This document shows positions 38,170-45,796 of a stretch of 64,000 bases of DNA, in pieces. Under the pieces are notes generated by a model. It saw only the letters and a list, made by a program, of their open reading frames with translations. It was not told the origin of the DNA and ran no database searches. The position numbers and the translations under genes are program-made. The number at the start of each line of letters is the position of its first letter. The stretch's first letter is position 1. The DNA is from a virus: IMG/VR virus record IMGVR_UViG_3300044993_000080, positions 20,417 to 84,416 of that record; one strand, 5' to 3'.

Positions 38170-38226
38170 TTGAAATCTCCCTTTCGACCCCTTAATCATG
38201 GCTTAGGCGAGATTTTATGTCAAGCG
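38167..38226 (-). repeat. ~60-bp promoter-RBS-ATG direct repeat, copy 2
   Basis: Minus strand: CGCTTGACATAAAATCTCGCCTAAGCCATGATTAAGGGGTCGAAAGGGAGATTTCAAATG. Confidence 0.9.
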
Positions 38227-38273
38227 AAAAAACGATATTTAACGTCGATTTTGCAACAAGTTGCAAGAGTTGA

Positions 38274-38663
38274 TTAACTCTTTCGAGCGTCCACAATCTT
38301 GCCCCAGTCTGCCCGCGTCTTGTTTTTGTGGCAAATCTTGCACCGGGTCCGCAAGTTGCTCGGTTGCCAGTGTTCGGGCCTATTGGCGAGCCGCAAAGGC
38401 GTATCGTGATCGGCTTCCCAATCATCGGTGATTTGGCCGCAATCGCAGCACTTGCCCTTATCGCGGCCCCACAGAAAACGCCGGGTAACGGCGGGGTCGC
38501 TCATTATCTTCCACCTGACTAGACATAGCTGATGCCAGCGGCGGCGGGTCTGGATCATCCCACCCTCGGTGATTGGCTCTCCGCACATCCGGCACCATCC
38601 GGGCCTTGCGCTCTCGTAAAACGGTGGGCGGGGTGGACGACGGTGAACCTGCTTCCGCGTCAT
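38274..38663 (-). CDS. HNH endonuclease
   Basis: RDKGKC..CG...EADH..P......NL...C..CH..KT. Confidence 0.85.
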   Translation of the reverse strand: MTRKQVHRRPPRPPFYESARPGWCRMCGEPITEGGMIQTRRRWHQLCLVRWKIMSDPAVTRRFLWGRDKGKCCDCGQITDDWEADHDTPLRLANRPEHWQPSNLRTRCKICHKNKTRADWGKIVDARKS

Positions 38664-38908
38664 ACCACGATGGCCCGTGCTTCCTCCCGGCATAGCATCT
38701 CGGGCCGGACCGGGCGGTTGGTCTTGTGGGGTAGGAACTCGTAGTCCCAGTCAACCCATACGGCTCCGACGCGTTCGCTGGAAAGATGCGAGACCCTGCC
38801 GTGCCACACGACCCTCTGTCCCCTCCGCTTGGCGAGGATAGAGGTCACTAGACAAGGCTCGACCGTGCGAACGCGCATACCCGGCTGGAAGTCTTCTCGG
38901 TCCATCAC
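38660..38908 (-). CDS. Small SH3-like hypothetical protein
   Basis: F.PGMRVR...G.V......V.VDWD. Confidence 0.55.
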   Translation of the reverse strand: MMDREDFQPGMRVRTVEPCLVTSILAKRRGQRVVWHGRVSHLSSERVGAVWVDWDYEFLPHKTNRPVRPEMLCREEARAIVV

Positions 38909-39870
38909 ATATCCAGTGGTGAGCGAATGTTCTTGAATGAAGGGAAGCGCGGGGCCTTCTGCGCGCCGTGCGGCTTGTGTCTGTAGGTCAAGATCGCGCT
39001 CCCAATGTAGCGGTCCCGGTTCTCCCAGAACTCTTTGCCCATAGCGTGGTCAAATCCCGTCCCGCAGTCGAACTCGACCCCTGTGAGCCGGTCCCGGCAC
39101 TTCCACGCGCCTAGCCGCCCCAGAGGCCGCCGTGCGTCAACCGTGGACGCCCGCTCTAGGAACCCCTGCTCGTTGCGCACACCCTCGTTAGTGTTCTCGA
39201 ATGCCTCGACCGCTCCGATGATGTCGGCTTCGGAAGTCGCCCACGCAGTGAGCCGCATCAAGCCCTGTTCCTTTACAGTCGAGCGCCCGAACTTGTAGGG
39301 CGCATCCAGCCTGCGGTAAACTAGGCCTTCCAGCCGCTGCTCGACAACCCAACGCCGCTCTACATGATCCACCTGCTCCTGTGAGCGGCAAACGGTAAAC
39401 GGCACGATGTCAACCCACTCGGGCACCCGGCGGTCTGCCACCATCGCCTCGATGTGCTTGCGGCGATCCCGAAAGGGCATATCGCGGTCGATGCCGTTCT
39501 CGGGCGTCGGTTGGATGTCGAACAGATACCAGCGCAACTTCGGAGTGTAGGCTACCGTCATCACTGCGCTCGTAGTGCGGTTGCAAAGCCACTGGCCGCC
39601 CGGATCGAATACACCGTCCGTATCGGTGATAAACTCACCGTCGAGCCCGTCGAGATTGAAGCCTGCGTCGTGCGCCATACTGAACATGTGGTTGAGATAG
39701 CGATTGGGGAACGCCTTCAGGCGGCGGGTGAAGGGCTTCGCGTGGCGGCACAAGCCACGCACTCCGTCCACCTTGCCGGTGACGCCGATGGGCCACGTGA
39801 TCTGGCTGGGGTCCGGCGCGGTAGCGGCAAGCATGGGGTGTCCCGGAAACTTATCAGTAGGCGCAGTCAC
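38905..39870 (-). CDS. Minimal ATP-dependent DNA ligase (Chlorella-virus-ligase type)
   Basis: KVDGVR (motif I), LDGE, FDI, EGLVYR, YKFGRST, GTGF and PRFP.F. Confidence 0.88.
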   Translation of the reverse strand: MTAPTDKFPGHPMLAATAPDPSQITWPIGVTGKVDGVRGLCRHAKPFTRRLKAFPNRYLNHMFSMAHDAGFNLDGLDGEFITDTDGVFDPGGQWLCNRTTSAVMTVAYTPKLRWYLFDIQPTPENGIDRDMPFRDRRKHIEAMVADRRVPEWVDIVPFTVCRSQEQVDHVERRWVVEQRLEGLVYRRLDAPYKFGRSTVKEQGLMRLTAWATSEADIIGAVEAFENTNEGVRNEQGFLERASTVDARRPLGRLGAWKCRDRLTGVEFDCGTGFDHAMGKEFWENRDRYIGSAILTYRHKPHGAQKAPRFPSFKNIRSPLDM

Positions 39871-40100
39871 GAGACCTTCTCCTTCATCTTGGTAGCGAAC
39901 GCGATCCCGCCAGCTACCCACTGCTCGTGGGCCATGTCGCTGAAGCGCGGGCACATCACGCTCTGTGTTTCAAAAGCCCCGGTAGGTCCGTCGATGTCAT
40001 CGAACTCGTAGTAGTGGTAGCCATCACCCCGGTATAGCCTCACCTCCGGGTGCCCTGCCGCCGCGATGGCCTTGGTGACAGTGTGAACGCCGCGTGCCAT
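39867..40100 (-). CDS. Small hypothetical protein
   Basis: Coupled ORF; L.RG.GY.Y motif. Confidence 0.6.
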   Translation of the reverse strand: MARGVHTVTKAIAAAGHPEVRLYRGDGYHYYEFDDIDGPTGAFETQSVMCPRFSDMAHEQWVAGGIAFATKMKEKVS

Positions 40101-40300
40101 CAGGCGAACTCGGCCACGAGACAGGCAAGCTCTTCGTCCATGTCGATCATGCGGCTCCAGTCATCTTCCGACAGGTGCTCGCGCTGATCGTCGCTGATCC
40201 ACGGATAGGCTTGCGACAGGTGGATGATGTCCCCGTCCGCGTTGCGTTGGAGCGCGGCAAACTCGGCATCGGTGAACTGCTCGGTGCGGTCATCAAACAT
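40100..40300 (-). CDS. Small acidic protein
   Basis: Starts in a promoter/RBS cassette; Asp/Glu-rich. Confidence 0.65.
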   Translation of the reverse strand: MFDDRTEQFTDAEFAALQRNADGDIIHLSQAYPWISDDQREHLSEDDWSRMIDMDEELACLVAEFA

Positions 40301-40357
40301 TTGAAATCTCCCTTTCGACCCCTCAATCATGGCTTAGGCGAGATTTTATGTCAAGCG
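40298..40357 (-). repeat. ~60-bp promoter-RBS-ATG direct repeat, copy 3
   Basis: One substitution relative to copies 1 and 2; palindrome variant at 40363-40376. Confidence 0.9.
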
Positions 40358-40390
40358 AAAACCGCAACGGGTTGCAAGGTTTCATTAACG

Positions 40391-40426
40391 AAAACCGCCG
40401 CCTCTCCCAGCCGGAAAGGCGGCGGC
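40391..40426 (-). terminator. Intrinsic terminator
   Basis: CCGCCGCCT stem followed by a U tract on the minus strand. Confidence 0.7.
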
Positions 40427-40455
40427 TCTGCTTCGTTACGACCGGAAGGTGGCCC

Positions 40456-41715
40456 CTACGCGGTCGCTTCGGTGACTTTGGGTTCTTCGACTTCCGCCCC
40501 AGCGTCGAACTCGAACTCGCTGCCGTCCGCATCGACATAGCTGATCTTCTGGAGACCAAACTTGGCGGCCATCAATTCGAGCGTGTCTTCGAGCGAGAGG
40601 TCCGTGCCGGTTCCGGTGCCGCGCCAGTCGCCGCAGATGTATATCAGCGCCTTGTTCAGGTCCTGCTCGCCGATCTGGGTCTGCGCTTCCTTGAGGGCTT
40701 CGTTGACCGTGTTGGCGTCCTCTTCGGCGATCTTGAAGGTGAACGTGGTCAGTTGCACCGTCTCGTTCTGACCGCGCGTCGTGACCTTGTAGGACTTCTT
40801 GATGTGCGCGATCAACTCGTCCCGCGTCATCTCGTCGGCCTTCTTGGTCAGCTTGTCGAAGTCGCGCTTCAGTTCCGCCGCGTCGATGCGCGCCAGTTCC
40901 TTGAGCTTCGACCACCCGATGCTGGCGAGCGACGCTTCGTCCGCGCCGATCATGGCGAACTTGACGTAAATCTTCATCAGGTAGTCGGCCTTGCGCGGCT
41001 CGATACCCAGCGTCTCGCGGACGTAACTCTCGAAGCCCTTGCTGCCGTCGTAGCCCAACGATTTGTAGGCCCCGGTCTCACGGATATGGCGCAAGACGCC
41101 GCCCAGCGTGAAATCGGTCTGCTCGGCACGATCCACCAGCGCCTTGGCGGCTTCCAGTGCATCCTGCTCGGACAGGATTTCCTTGACGCTGGCGAGGTCC
41201 GCGATTTCGGTAACGGCGGTCGCCTTGATTTCGGCCTTGGGTTCCGTCTTGGCGGCGGCCTTGGTGTTCGCCTTGGTGTTCGCCTTGGACTTGGCCTTCG
41301 GAGACGCCTTGGCAGGCCCGGCAGCGGCGGCTCCGGCTTTCGCCTTGGCAGTCGCCTTGGACTTCGCAGCCGGTTTCGCTTCGACCACCTCTTCGACTTC
41401 GACCGCCTCCTCGACTTCGACCGCCTCCTCGACCGCCTCCTCGACTTCGCCTTCGTCATCGAGTTCTGCGAGTTCCAGCTCTTCGGGGAACACGCGCTCG
41501 GCATACTTGGGCGTGCCGTCATCATTCAGGATGTCGTTGCCTTCATCATCGACGGCTACCACCACGATGTCCGCTTCGTTTTCGAAGCGTTCGATCCGCA
41601 CGGGCATATCCGCTTCAAGGACGGTCTCCTGACCTTCCTCGATTTGGGCGTAGCCCTTGAAAATCGCGTAGCCGTTGACCTTGAAGCCAGCGGCGATTGC
41701 AGGATGTTCTGCCAT
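40456..41715 (-). CDS. Putative nucleoid-associated/DNA-binding protein
   Basis: Acidic EEAVE repeats, a histone-like Ala/Lys tract and an HTH-like FESYV...LGI..RKA..LM; own promoter and terminator. Confidence 0.6.
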   Translation of the reverse strand: MAEHPAIAAGFKVNGYAIFKGYAQIEEGQETVLEADMPVRIERFENEADIVVVAVDDEGNDILNDDGTPKYAERVFPEELELAELDDEGEVEEAVEEAVEVEEAVEVEEVVEAKPAAKSKATAKAKAGAAAAGPAKASPKAKSKANTKANTKAAAKTEPKAEIKATAVTEIADLASVKEILSEQDALEAAKALVDRAEQTDFTLGGVLRHIRETGAYKSLGYDGSKGFESYVRETLGIEPRKADYLMKIYVKFAMIGADEASLASIGWSKLKELARIDAAELKRDFDKLTKKADEMTRDELIAHIKKSYKVTTRGQNETVQLTTFTFKIAEEDANTVNEALKEAQTQIGEQDLNKALIYICGDWRGTGTGTDLSLEDTLELMAAKFGLQKISYVDADGSEFEFDAGAEVEEPKVTEATA

Positions 41716-41843
41716 TTTCTCACTCCGTTTATCTGACCCTTAGGTCAACCTAGGCCCGCTCTCCTCTCGGCAACGGGCCTGCACACAATAGGCAAAACGA
41801 CATTTTATGTCAAGCGAAACTGCAACCCGTTGCAAGCGCAGGG

Positions 41844-42416
41844 TCACACCATCAACTCGACAGCGGCTAGGGCATCTTTTTGGGGAGAGGTGAGACTGAA
41901 CGCATCACCATGTAGAAACGCTCCGATTAAGATGCTGACACACGCTGCGTCTGCTTCGTCCTCTTGCTCGACCGATATGCCGTAACGCTGGCGCAAATGC
42001 AAGCGCACTTCCTTCTTGGGTGTGTTGCCCTTGCAAGTTATGAACTTCTTCACGGTCGTGGGCGTCCCTATGTAAGACACAACGCCGCGCTCCAGTAGCT
42101 CCAGCTTGGCAACCCCGCCCCACTCTCCGAGTGCGTGGTGCCGGGATGTGGACCCAAACGAGTAACCCTCAACACCTCCGATGACTTTGCCCGTCCAGCA
42201 AACATTGCAGTCCAGCACCCGGCGCATCCGGTCCCGTAGGTCTCGCAGACGGTGAGTGCCGCGAAGTGGCGAGGCAATTGAGAAAGTCTCGATATGGCCG
42301 TCTTTATAGACAGCGATGCCCGTGTTGGTCAGCGATAAGTCCAACCCGATAATCGTCTCGGAAAGCCGGGGGAGACCCGACTGTATTGGCCGGGTGCGAG
42401 GGCGCGGGCTCGTCAT
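41844..42416 (-). CDS. RuvC-like Holliday junction resolvase
   Basis: IIGLDLSLT.TG, VEGYS, KK..T.KGN..K and DEADA. Confidence 0.85.
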   Translation of the reverse strand: MTSPRPRTRPIQSGLPRLSETIIGLDLSLTNTGIAVYKDGHIETFSIASPLRGTHRLRDLRDRMRRVLDCNVCWTGKVIGGVEGYSFGSTSRHHALGEWGGVAKLELLERGVVSYIGTPTTVKKFITCKGNTPKKEVRLHLRQRYGISVEQEDEADAACVSILIGAFLHGDAFSLTSPQKDALAAVELMV

Positions 42417-43444
42417 GGCAAGCTGAAGCACAGGTTGGCTCGCTTGCACCCCTTGGCGCGGGTGCATGTCGGCGTTACGCATGGTCTGGGCAAAAGGCGT
42501 CGATCTAGGTTGGCTTCCTTGATGCGCTGCGCGGCTGCGAACATCGCGTCGATCTGCGGTTGCCACTGTTCCCAATGGACGTGGTATTCCTTATAGACAG
42601 CACGGGTGCCGCCGAACTTAAAGTCCTTTCGGCCATAGACGATAATGGCTATGTCCATCACCGGATAACCCATCAACTTGTAAAGGTGACGGTATCCGAG
42701 AACCTGCAACACGTGGTCTGCCAACGGGCTCTTGAGCGCGTCGAACTGGTCCTTGGCCATGCTCTTGATTTCTACGGGCAGATAGAAACCCATTTCAATC
42801 AACGTGAAGTCCGGGGAGCCAACTACGGCAGCCTCGTGGTCAATCAATAGCGGCTCGCGGTAATACTCAAGGTGCCCCCAGCACGTCCCACACGTGCGCG
42901 TGGCGGGATAGCTACCCACGTGCTCCGAATGGCCGCACCTGCATACCCATTTACCGTGGACGCCATGGAAAGCTCGCGCCTTGATCGCGCTCTCTCGGAT
43001 GTGCTTTTCGACCGCCCGGCCTATCGCCCAGATAATCTTCATGCCGCCACTCACTGTCTCGTGGATGGGCACGCCGTGCTGGCGACTGATTGTCTGTTCA
43101 CGCTCACACACTCCGATCAGGCTGGAAAGGTGCGTGTATCCGTATTCGTTGCCCCCAGAGCGAGTGATGCGCGGATTGGCGTCCCCAGAGCCGACAAGCC
43201 GGGTAACATGCTCCGGATCAAGCTGCGGCTGGCTTCGGGTAATTTGTCGGACGTCCGGCGTGGGTAAGTCATCCGCGCTGCGCGACAGGACCGGGGCGCG
43301 GATGGTTGTGGGTTCCCGGGTAGTGACGATCCGGGGAGTGGGCGGCTCGTAAGGCATCATGTGCTTAATGTGCTTAGGGCCATGCACCGGGTCTTCGCGG
43401 ACCGGGAAGGGCGAGTGTCGTGTGAAGCGCTCAAAAAGGCTCAC
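42413..43444 (-). CDS. Cas4-like PD-(D/E)XK exonuclease
   Basis: N-terminal C.R, GSPD, VEIKS, Q...Y and a C-terminal Cys cluster. Confidence 0.75.
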   Translation of the reverse strand: MSLFERFTRHSPFPVREDPVHGPKHIKHMMPYEPPTPRIVTTREPTTIRAPVLSRSADDLPTPDVRQITRSQPQLDPEHVTRLVGSGDANPRITRSGGNEYGYTHLSSLIGVCEREQTISRQHGVPIHETVSGGMKIIWAIGRAVEKHIRESAIKARAFHGVHGKWVCRCGHSEHVGSYPATRTCGTCWGHLEYYREPLLIDHEAAVVGSPDFTLIEMGFYLPVEIKSMAKDQFDALKSPLADHVLQVLGYRHLYKLMGYPVMDIAIIVYGRKDFKFGGTRAVYKEYHVHWEQWQPQIDAMFAAAQRIKEANLDRRLLPRPCVTPTCTRAKGCKRANLCFSLP

Positions 43445-43806
43445 TTTGCACCCCGTTGCAAAAGCACGTCGAGAACCCATGTTTCCATGACTAGCACGGT
43501 CTTCGGGCTCCGGGACGTGTTATCAATCTCGATCTCCATAACTGGCACCTCGCCTGCCTGAAGCGCGGCGGTCTCAATCTTCTCGATCATGTCGAGCGTC
43601 ACGCTGAAACTCTTAGCCTTAGTCGTCTTGCACTCGATCCGGCTAATCCTCTTGATCCTCACATCGCCCTTCTCGAAGTCACCAGCGCCCGATGCCTTTG
43701 TGACGTTCCCTCCCACGCGCCGCGCCGTGCTGCGCTCCTGCTTGCGGGATCGGTGAACGCTGGGGTGCTGGCCCTTCAGGCGCTTCGGCAGTCGAAGGTC
43801 ACTCAC
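43441..43806 (-). CDS. PD-(D/E)XK nuclease / Hjc-like resolvase
   Basis: QE...SGA...KGDV...IECKTT. Confidence 0.75.
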   Translation of the reverse strand: MSDLRLPKRLKGQHPSVHRSRKQERSTARRVGGNVTKASGAGDFEKGDVRIKRISRIECKTTKAKSFSVTLDMIEKIETAALQAGEVPVMEIEIDNTSRSPKTVLVMETWVLDVLLQRGAK

Positions 43807-44906
43807 AGATAGCTCCGGCTCTTACCCTTGCTGACGCGGTAATCACCAATCAACTCATGCTTGGTCTGCTCGAAAAAGTCGAGGTCGCTGTAGAAATAAT
43901 CTGCGATGTCCTGAAGCCGTCCAAACTTCTGGTCCAGATTGCGAATACGCCAACTGGAGCCCCCGCCTGTAACCGCACCTACCGCCTTGGCCCATGTCAC
44001 CACGGCGCGAGCGTCATCAATGAAGCCTTGCCCCAACGGGTGTTCCGGGTTTCGCACCATCAGGAACTCACCCTCACGAGCAGCAACCCCGACCTTGTTT
44101 TTCTTGATTGTAAAGGCGTGTTCGTTGTAATTGATCTGCTGGTGGCCAGCTTCGTCGCGGCCTTCCTGTTCCTTGTTCTTGAACTCGATCTTGACCCCTG
44201 CGAGGTAGTGCTGCGCCAACCCGCCCGGCAACACTCGCGGGTCCCCTCGAAATACACCGATCTTGTTGCGCCACTGATTGACAAGATACAGGGCAACGCG
44301 GTGCCCACGATGGCGCTCGGCGATAAAGTCCGATTGCACAACTGAACAGAAACGCGCAATCAACTTGGCTTGTGTGCCAACATCCGCGTCCTCGAAGCTC
44401 TTTTCCTTGACCGCTTTCGGGATCAGCCCCGCAAGGCTATCCACCATGACCGTGCTCACCTCTTTGGACTTTACCACGGCGCAAGCGATGTCGAGCGCCT
44501 GCTCCCCGTTCTCCGGCTGAACTAGGACAAGCTCTTCATTATTGATGCCGTGCACCGCACCCCAGTCCGGCATGTAAGTGCCTTCGATGTCGATCAGCAC
44601 CGCCCGGCGGTCTGGGTATTTCTTCTGTGACTGGCCAATGAACTTGTAGCCCATAGTGGACTTGCCGCTGTGCTCCCATCCATAGCCCAGCGTCGCAAGT
44701 CCTTCCGGCAAGCCGCCCAGTAGTGAGATGTCGAGCGCAAATATCCCTGTTGGTGTGTGCTTCCACTCCGGCTGCATGTCGGCGGTCGTGATGACGCCCG
44801 CACCATATGCCTTGGTGGTAGCTACTATGGTTTCGGCAAGCTCCCCCGTAATGATAGGTCCGCTGGTCTTGGGTCGTGAACGTGTGCGCGGCGCGGGCGA
44901 TGTCAT
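43803..44906 (-). CDS. recA: RecA/UvsX-like recombinase
   Basis: TG..ALD..L.GGLP.G, G.EHSGKST, ID.E, VDSLA, NQ.R.KIG and PGG. Confidence 0.9.
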   Translation of the reverse strand: MTSPAPRTRSRPKTSGPIITGELAETIVATTKAYGAGVITTADMQPEWKHTPTGIFALDISLLGGLPEGLATLGYGWEHSGKSTMGYKFIGQSQKKYPDRRAVLIDIEGTYMPDWGAVHGINNEELVLVQPENGEQALDIACAVVKSKEVSTVMVDSLAGLIPKAVKEKSFEDADVGTQAKLIARFCSVVQSDFIAERHRGHRVALYLVNQWRNKIGVFRGDPRVLPGGLAQHYLAGVKIEFKNKEQEGRDEAGHQQINYNEHAFTIKKNKVGVAAREGEFLMVRNPEHPLGQGFIDDARAVVTWAKAVGAVTGGGSSWRIRNLDQKFGRLQDIADYFYSDLDFFEQTKHELIGDYRVSKGKSRSYL

Positions 44907-45250
44907 GCGATTGGGGCTCCCGGTTGGTGGCGTGTGATTTGCGCGACGGGCGGCTCGCCCATGTCAGGTTCAGCACCGTTGACGATCTCGTCGATCAGGC
45001 TACTGGCGTAGTCTACGGTTTCCCGAACGTCCTCTTCATTGGGTAGGCAAGGTAAGTCCACCCGGACCTCGATCTTCATAAACTCGAAGTCATTGCTCAT
45101 CCTGCGGGTCGATGTCATACCGACTGCAACCCGTGCGACGTGCGGCGTCTCGAAGTCCGGGACCGGGACGCGGCGTTCCCGCTCTTCCGGCGCGCGACCA
45201 TAGGCCGTTCTACGCACCATCACGGTTCCGGGGTCAGGGCGCTCACTCAC
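44903..45250 (-). CDS. Hypothetical protein
   Basis: GTGA/ATGA overlaps. Confidence 0.6.
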   Translation of the reverse strand: MSERPDPGTVMVRRTAYGRAPEERERRVPVPDFETPHVARVAVGMTSTRRMSNDFEFMKIEVRVDLPCLPNEEDVRETVDYASSLIDEIVNGAEPDMGEPPVAQITRHQPGAPIA

Positions 45251-45786
45251 AGAATACTGCTCCTCTTGCGAGCGTCGGCAACTGCTGCGCGGGTAGCGTC
45301 GATGGCTTCGGCGTGGTCTCGGCGAAAATAATGAAGGTCTGCCAGAAACCAACCAAGCGTGTTGACGATAGCCTTGGCTTCGAGAGCCGTATAAACATCC
45401 ACCCACTGCCGCTCGTGCCCGGGGTTGCGGCCCTTGACCATTGCAGCCGGGATGCGACCATCAGCCGCCCACTGGCGGACCTGCTTTTCCGGGCGCTGGA
45501 ATATCCGGGCAAGCTCCTCTTTCGTGAAGGTGAGCACCTTGGGTTTGCCGGGGCGAGACATCAATTCCCGCATGGTGCCCGCGCAGTTTTCGCCCGGCTC
45601 CAACATATGAGCGTTGTTGCGGGGATCGAACGGCTTGTTGACGCCCGCCGCCTTGCGGTATCCGTTCCGGGCTTGCTGGTTCGCAGCCGCCCGATACTCG
45701 GGGTCCGTCCTGTATCGCTTCTTGCGCCGCTTGTTGCGCTCGTCATACCACCCGCCCGTGTAAGGGCCGCGATTTTCGGTAGCCAT
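45247..45786 (-). CDS. MerR/excisionase-like HTH protein
   Basis: FT..ELA..F......VRQW...GRIP; GAGGAG RBS. Confidence 0.6.
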   Translation of the reverse strand: MATENRGPYTGGWYDERNKRRKKRYRTDPEYRAAANQQARNGYRKAAGVNKPFDPRNNAHMLEPGENCAGTMRELMSRPGKPKVLTFTKEELARIFQRPEKQVRQWAADGRIPAAMVKGRNPGHERQWVDVYTALEAKAIVNTLGWFLADLHYFRRDHAEAIDATRAAVADARKRSSIL

Positions 45787-45796
45787 GTCTGTCTCC

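Noticed and set aside
41381-41450. DNA repeats in the 419-aa gene
   Set aside because: They simply encode the low-complexity EEAVE linker.
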